From a virus (lineage: Duplodnaviria > Caudoviricetes), in IMG/VR virus record IMGVR_UViG_3300008963_000020, positions 1 to 29,950 of that record: a DNA stretch of 29,950 nucleotides. One strand, written 5' to 3'. Positions within the stretch are counted from its first letter, which is position 1; every line of letters begins with the position of its first letter. The position numbers were made by a program, and so were the translations under genes. The notes below the pieces were generated by a model. That model saw only the letters and a program-made list of their open reading frames with translations, did not search any database and was not told the origin of the DNA. Positions 26,501 to 29,950 of this stretch are shown here, one piece after another.

Positions 26501-28353
26501 TCACTTAGGGACCACATTTTGACTGAGTGATTTCCTTGCACCCTAATACGCTTGCCCTCGTACTTGCCCTCTGACTTGTTGTAATTAGGGTTGGTACCGC
26601 GCTGAACATCTGCCCAATAGTCATTAGCATAGTCCAGGAGCTTTGCTACTACTTTATCGTCGGGCTTGGCGTCTGGCTTATCTTCTGGCCTAAACTTTGC
26701 TACAGCAGCTAGAACATGCTTGCGTGAAATCTCTTTATCGTCACTGTTAGAAAAACGCCCGACAATCTTGCCTACTATGTTAGCAACCTGCGGAGACGTA
26801 AAGTTCTCTCCAAAGAGAGGCATTTCATCGTAACCCTTTAGCTTTGCAATAGCTTTATCTCCTGAAGCAACATAACCTTTGCGGCCATTCATGGCTGCTT
26901 TTTGGTCTTTGGTTAGATATGCATATGCTAGAGAACTTGTCGTACGTGCCTCTGTATTTTCCTTCGGCATACGTCTTTCAGCTTCTAGCTGGTTCTTTTT
27001 ATTAAACTGTAGAGCTAGTACTCGAGACTTGGGCCTTTCACGCTTAATTGCCTTGGCAGCTGCTACTAAAGTTGTAGTCTTTCCTGAACCTGCAAGTGCA
27101 TTAACTACTGTACGGTATCCACCTCTAACAACGGCATTAAGGGCATTGGTCTGCTCGTCACTTGGTGTGAAGCCATCAAAATCTTCTACATATTCTTCAG
27201 GCTGTCCTAAAGCTTCTATCTCAGAGAGTGAAACCTTCTCCTCGGTCTCCTCAGGCTCCTCATACTCTTGCTCGGCTTTTTCTTTATCTTTTAAATCTTC
27301 TTCGGTGGGCTGCTGCAGGGGGCGGGCTGGTTCCTCAGGGTAAACCTTTGGCTCGTCATCTTCAAAAATGATTTCATCATCATCATCCAAATTTAGAGGT
27401 GACCCCTCCACCTCTTCTAGCTTGGGAGCCTCTTTTTCTTCTTGTTTTCTTTCTTTTTCTCTTCTTTCTTTTTCTCTTCTTTCTTCTCCTTTTTCAAAAT
27501 CTAAATCTCTAAAAGGAGTTTTATCAAATTCATCAACTGTTTCTAAGGGGGAGCTTCCACTGGTATCAGACACTAGCCCTCTAATTTGTTTACGAGTTAG
27601 AGGCTTACCAACCTGTTTTCCAGTTTTATTAGAAACTTTATACCACTGACCGTCCTCTTCATTTTTTATAAATCTTTTCCAGTCCCCCTCTGTACCTGTA
27701 GGTCCCTTTTGCCTAATCTTGGTTCCCTTAGGCAGGTTCAGGAACTCTACTAAGTCTCTTAGCCCAGCAAAAGATTTTTTCTTTTTTACTGGCTCGCCGA
27801 CAATGTCTGATACGTCTTGACCGGTTTTTGCTTGCTCTGAGAGAGCTGGTGGAAGTTTAGCCAGCGGCTCTGCCTCGCGCTCTTTGCGGAACTCAGCGTC
27901 TTCTTCGTCAGTTAGTTCGCCAAGAGCCATCTCACGGTCGAGCTCGGAGGCTTCTGTGATGTTCAGGTCTTCAATGTTTTGAGGTTGGTCAGCAACATCT
28001 TCTGGCAGCTCGTGAGCAAGGTCTGGGTCAATACCCTTCCTTCTAAGGAAGTCTTTATCAATCTGAGCGGTCAGTAGCTCACCGTTAGATGAGTTAATCT
28101 CTAGGACATCGCCCTTTTTTATGCCATATTCTGCAAAGTCGTCGTTGGTCACATAAGAACGAATCTTCGTTCCATCGTCATTACCGCCGATAGCACGTAA
28201 GTTATTGACGTTTACTGTCTCGCGTTGCTTGCTATTCCCGGAGAAGGCGCCAATAGCTGCTCTCAGGCGGGCACCAGTGGTTACCCAGCGTCCTTTTTTA
28301 TCACGGGGTTGCTTGCGAGCGTTTATGCTTCGCTCTAGCGAGGTATAAGCCAT
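20578..28353 (-). CDS. Giant polyvalent protein, 2591 aa: QPRD leader, SF1 (UvrD/Rep/FBH1-like) helicase, SH3-like repeats and C-terminal HExxH zinc metallopeptidase
   Basis: GAGGA RBS. Helicase motifs in order: Q (SDEQ), I (ALAGSGKTTT, ~27071-27097), Ia (LQFNKK), II (FFDEAQD, core DEAQD at 26431-26445), III (VGDPNQAIYEWNGA), IV (LTMVRRFG), IVa (IVRSN), V (TTHRMKGLEADNV), VI (EEMRTIYVAVTRAR, ~25228-25270). HELWH at 21172-21186 with downstream ATELGTTLFE. Confidence 0.85.
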   Translation of the reverse strand: MAYTSLERSINARKQPRDKKGRWVTTGARLRAAIGAFSGNSKQRETVNVNNLRAIGGNDDGTKIRSYVTNDDFAEYGIKKGDVLEINSSNGELLTAQIDKDFLRRKGIDPDLAHELPEDVADQPQNIEDLNITEASELDREMALGELTDEEDAEFRKEREAEPLAKLPPALSEQAKTGQDVSDIVGEPVKKKKSFAGLRDLVEFLNLPKGTKIRQKGPTGTEGDWKRFIKNEEDGQWYKVSNKTGKQVGKPLTRKQIRGLVSDTSGSSPLETVDEFDKTPFRDLDFEKGEERREKERREKERKQEEKEAPKLEEVEGSPLNLDDDDEIIFEDDEPKVYPEEPARPLQQPTEEDLKDKEKAEQEYEEPEETEEKVSLSEIEALGQPEEYVEDFDGFTPSDEQTNALNAVVRGGYRTVVNALAGSGKTTTLVAAAKAIKRERPKSRVLALQFNKKNQLEAERRMPKENTEARTTSSLAYAYLTKDQKAAMNGRKGYVASGDKAIAKLKGYDEMPLFGENFTSPQVANIVGKIVGRFSNSDDKEISRKHVLAAVAKFRPEDKPDAKPDDKVVAKLLDYANDYWADVQRGTNPNYNKSEGKYEGKRIRVQGNHSVKMWSLSEPDLSEMEVNGEKVDTVFFDEAQDTNAAVAAVVKNQKNVQIVHVGDPNQAIYEWNGAINALKKASKDAEVVLPLTMVRRFGPELAGPGNAALNLIGSDTRIRAVGEGGEIVDRDAIPMGPDEDTVIIVRSNSGGLNEIQKLLEEGRSVGVLPVFKTDLENAVYTLKWLKDTDFDSRGASPKTPDGRDADSDDFAGLRTMKDVRDLIAIDKEARASKWIDLLTKIGGNDWEAGLKEVEDNIIPNLKVLNDSEGGASNLISDEITGAPGEEATLLDIGGQRQNYKVNDEGNIEISGDFKAVTAKIDSDTTFKDYIKSKGFRWNGANKVWSKYMPNADDEQRASVIAEISNKVPEGLKPKADEDPDYDVRVTTTHRMKGLEADNVIIGEDFPEPKEALTNAEDGTPTSETKMPSMEEMRTIYVAVTRAREKMSLGKLGWLRDYQGREGVVPANEAMDREPDVGAAAWNMPQLEEASFSPSGMLDDDEFDFDDDVDGLDVDPDDTPSDFDRPVRTTRRAAVEDLDPDDDTFFVDPETGKNVRLEDSEGLENDEVLLIGTDEAGDPYEKTFRKGNRVSRLEFGEPEPREEPAPREPETPKAPEPKEAPSTRTPGKTAADVKVGDEIFDDEGGLLGKVTNVRKGRTKSGIDVVSVEHDGADGKITYAKDEPVDARTPEKKATPEQAEVDAKKLVDDMRKDNVPEDSLPTEFTETPSFVETWTETVNGTYSKYVNGERWNVKQNKDGTITLRPRTNPQIGTKKYNSWDELEADFPNRIKDSDDANLDRLEKFFENYDRDGRVKRAIDRYRQTGDPADFEEIQTAVSKDDDFQDDLEDGNVSPAATAARLSRVKKDGTDALPLERRKPRSRPVEDRDLTDTIDELRKAREALEETRRKIDERRRLELERRATEDEDDYEEEIEDVEEPEETVVADPTPDVEDIYTNVPEGFQPTPAGLIPTDLERYDNGVSEVNRTPFRPEDIQEAKGSGTPEDIKAKLLEYYPEAGIASDGSIVVHRKTYKEEFGPAEGQEVSVQIKVKETDDNKMMLVFDVDVDGRKEQYIHYSPRNSFASLVGVGGKAQQSRGIENLLNKYIERPDEDFDLASNPDKERRLYGGAYGGISRLRKANADNIAETGKNDTDLKLRTPEEHAKIMLSGRNQQLNTDDTVFWTQRRGEVPSFYSAFDNGDQEAAARIFASYVGTLPNTPEQKDKAYDFLESSMREKFPNANEEQLSAFLSSVKSRLNSGRGTDKSRPIVTHVDRDNKQLAVGDVVEWKNNEGVVSRGRIVALKAVENPNDGKYTFSDYAEVEFKGKRLPEGLNTNNMKLSDDQDSEIDEYSHWIREEDLALRRLSKRPDVAYDPELKVFYRKTDNQILKDFEGRTEKELEELQTDLAKQNRKEEQEALETPDKEDIKQEVEPRDTVPFKDDEPVSEAARLKLRGLADRLRELRADDLDEDTSMSEEYEKIFNAVDNPDLTANEYQEVAKTARNLLNKIATKQEMPTPKATPAGETGAASSVSNLVPGVQLIPRRSTADAAEQLRKGEFGEAVAPVKGDKTKGVYRPTDAALSKVEEFRAGGEDVYNKAVKRFNDNEEFQANVKKLEKEIEVLDAKKESARLEVETSVRSGRSRSDTEKLRKKQRAASQRALDKRAEVSNLFRRALKEELEEQGVEFNVLKLDKYLHKFDSFGFGQDEPLPSSSTFRKSINDALQFMPRPIIQGLIDDLESEGKVIRVSKSNDRRGYFGVYTDGSYGLQLANDKSSLFPEQGGSGPHGNNALHELWHFVQKTNPDLVSAEGAYVYNRSKKVDEDGNEIFELSTLPGYSKKEVGLVSDVSVPYSTKVYLRRNANLANNPDENATELGTTLFESVFGTYNNRAINGQGLFAVAKGPNGRPVIYRDVNARNTVVPDNVKTGYYNSADGKWYEDSAFSNPIDVSHQVGRPVDSYDQDAVNYMLGTLLAFKTKEGDTKTIAERLERSSD

Positions 28354-28402
28354 TGAAATCCTCGAGGTTCAAGTAAAATTTACCCTAAGCGGGTCTTTAT
28401 CA

Positions 28403-28412
28403 ATTGTATCGG
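28403..28412 (-). promoter_or_regulatory. Putative promoter element CCGATACAAT upstream of the giant gene
   Basis: Identical to 8714-8723; lies in an AT-rich intergenic gap ~50 nt before the ATG. Confidence 0.55.
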
Positions 28413-28429
28413 TATTTAAATAATGTTAT

Positions 28430-28975
28430 TTAAATATAGAGGTCAATATCGTTTATATTGTCGACTATCTCACTAAACTTAGCCCAGCGGAAGTTCTGCC
28501 TATCCGTAGGCATCTCTACATCACCCCTAGTTAGATAGTCTTTAGAGTCGTTCACCCAAGCAGGTACATCATCTAAGGCTTCAAAAATCTCTTTAGAAGA
28601 ACCGTCAGCTAGAGCAAGTTCTGCGGCTTTATTGGCTTCTGCATATTTTGAAAGAATCAGTTTTGCGACCTCTTCCCGCAAACTAGCCTCGTTTTCCGGA
28701 TTTTCCAAATTTTCCAAAGTGTCATAAAAGTCAGAAAAACCGTCAATCATGTATTTTTCCATTGGGTCATCAGTTTCGGGGTTTTTCATTTTTTCAACAT
28801 ATGTGTTAAAAACCGAAATTTTTTCTAACTCTTCTTTAATTCGCTCTTTGGTCTCTCCTCGGGCCGCCATGCGGGTAATAGCACCTTTAGGGTCAAACAT
28901 GTCCTCGCCAGTAACAGGCGATGTTTGGGTAGATAGCGCCCCTATAAAATCCATTCGACTTTCGTTATAGCTCAT
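28430..28975 (-). CDS. Hypothetical acidic helical protein, ~181 aa
   Basis: Start reassigned to ATG at 28975 (GAAGGA upstream, 11-nt overlap with the previous gene). Confidence 0.7.
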   Translation of the reverse strand: MSYNESRMDFIGALSTQTSPVTGEDMFDPKGAITRMAARGETKERIKEELEKISVFNTYVEKMKNPETDDPMEKYMIDGFSDFYDTLENLENPENEASLREEVAKLILSKYAEANKAAELALADGSSKEIFEALDDVPAWVNDSKDYLTRGDVEMPTDRQNFRWAKFSEIVDNINDIDLYI

Positions 28976-29438
28976 TCTCTGCGGCTTCCTTCTCAAGGTC
29001 TTTAACTAAATTATACACGTCTGTTGAGATTTGACCAGTCTCTTTTAAAATTTCTAGACGCTTCCATGCGTGGATATTAGAAAAGTCATCTAGGTTTTGG
29101 TTAACGGCTGATGCAATAAGAGCGACTTTATTTTCGTCCAAACTAGAGCTACTACTTAGCCAAGCAAGCTTGCCTTCTACTGATGTTTGGTTGTGAATAT
29201 AGTTTTCTGGGAACAAGTCCAAATCTCTTGTGTACCCAAAGTTTTCTCCGACCTGAGCCAAAACAAACTCTGTTGCACGTGAAAGAGCCTTCTCTTCATC
29301 ATTAGATATTTGAAGTTCACGATAGGCGACCTCTTGCACGCCACTAAACTCTATGGGCTCATCTGCTGGACGCGATTCGTTAGCGTAGGCAACTACAGAA
29401 GCTAGGTCTTTATATAGTTCCCTGTGCTCTTTATTCAT
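28965..29438 (-). CDS. Hypothetical protein, ~157 aa
   Basis: Start reassigned to ATG at 29438 (ATGAATAA overlap with the upstream stop); contains a DLDLFPENY motif. Confidence 0.7.
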   Translation of the reverse strand: MNKEHRELYKDLASVVAYANESRPADEPIEFSGVQEVAYRELQISNDEEKALSRATEFVLAQVGENFGYTRDLDLFPENYIHNQTSVEGKLAWLSSSSSLDENKVALIASAVNQNLDDFSNIHAWKRLEILKETGQISTDVYNLVKDLEKEAAENEL

Positions 29439-29950
29439 CCTCAATTCTAGACTCCTTAGGTAGTAGGTCGGCATCTGGACTGTCATATAGAGCTGTTGCT
29501 AGAAGAGCTGCTCGCTTGACAGGGTCTCCACCATCTTTTTCAGCTCGCAAATAAGCCGCCCTAAGTGCTGGAAGCACGTCGTACGACATGTCGGAGAATT
29601 CTGCTAGCTCGAGGAGCGCTTGCTCGTGAGAGTCGTAATTCTTAGCTGGCTTGAGTTCGATAAATGTCTCTTGCGTGGCTGCTGCCGCTGCTGTGATTGC
29701 ATTATCTTTTTTGGAAGAACGCTTATGTGCTGCTGGCAGCAAGTCGTTATCTTGAACGTATTTACTGTTTTTTGGGTTACCATTACGCAGTAGGTAGAGG
29801 AATGCATTTACTCTAGCCATTGACCATGAGTTTCTGTTTTGGTCTGGACGATGTGAAGTTGAGAAAGCGCCAGCACCACGACGGTAAACAGCTTTTAGAG
29901 TGCGAAGATTTGTTTTCTTGCTCTTTGCATCTCCGTGCTTTTCGTTGTGC
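29431..29950 (-). CDS. Head-module hypothetical protein, partial (start beyond the right edge), with LKAVYRRGAGAFSTSHRP...ARVNAF...DNDLLP domain
   Basis: The frame stays open upstream of the track's ATG (29820) to the window end: HNEKHGDAKSKKTNLRTLKAVYRRGAGAFSTSHRPDQNRNSWSMARVNAFL. I recognise this motif from small domains in phage head modules (DUF5824-like, from memory, unverified). Confidence 0.75.
   Translation of the reverse strand, partial: HNEKHGDAKSKKTNLRTLKAVYRRGAGAFSTSHRPDQNRNSWSMARVNAFLYLLRNGNPKNSKYVQDNDLLPAAHKRSSKKDNAITAAAAATQETFIELKPAKNYDSHEQALLELAEFSDMSYDVLPALRAAYLRAEKDGGDPVKRAALLATALYDSPDADLLPKESRIEDE

Noticed and set aside
13-28970. All plus-strand ORFs in the track (e.g. 5610-6575, 14846-15367, 26879-27343)
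   Set aside because: They are antisense shadows of long minus-strand genes. Their Ser/Pro/Phe-rich composition mirrors the Glu/Gly/Lys codons on the real strand, and they show no motifs.
14763-29807. Short alternative-frame minus-strand ORFs (14763-15227, 16672-16887, 17878-18069, 24564-24773, 29604-29807)
   Set aside because: Nested in well-supported genes; the Arg/Lys/Thr-rich 154-aa one is simply the shifted reading of the acidic repeat.
1-29950. tRNA/rRNA genes, integrase, transposons, alternative genetic code
   Set aside because: Intergenic gaps are short and show no cloverleaf; no recombinase motifs seen; standard-code ORFs tile the window and end in TAA or TAG.

Overview
The window is one co-oriented (minus-strand), tightly packed virion-morphogenesis region of a tailed dsDNA phage (siphovirus-type). 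Its head and tail genes most resemble the actinobacteriophage layout seen in mycobacteriophage cluster B-like phages. In transcription order (right to left): three head-associated hypothetical genes (the first truncated by the window edge); a giant 2591-aa protein carrying a complete SF1 (UvrD/Rep/FBH1-like) helicase and a C-terminal HExxH metallopeptidase; two small hypotheticals; a 1443-aa multidomain capsid maturation protease; a major capsid (hexamer-type) protein with a very acidic fused scaffold; a second (pentamer-type) capsid protein; major tail protein; head-tail adaptor and neck genes; a tail assembly chaperone pair with a -1 frameshift; tape measure; Dit; hub; and a truncated tail-tip protein missed by the ORF track. 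Portal and terminase are not in the window. Most notable: (i) the giant helicase-peptidase 'polyvalent' protein shares a 27-aa QPRD-motif segment with the protease, suggesting capsid-targeted cargo; (ii) recurrent [ILVM]xA[AS][GA] motifs at domain boundaries suggest polyprotein processing; (iii) a structured leader and hairpins surround the capsid genes; (iv) no GATC was found in 30 kb by manual reading. All family assignments come from motif recognition by eye; no database searches were run.
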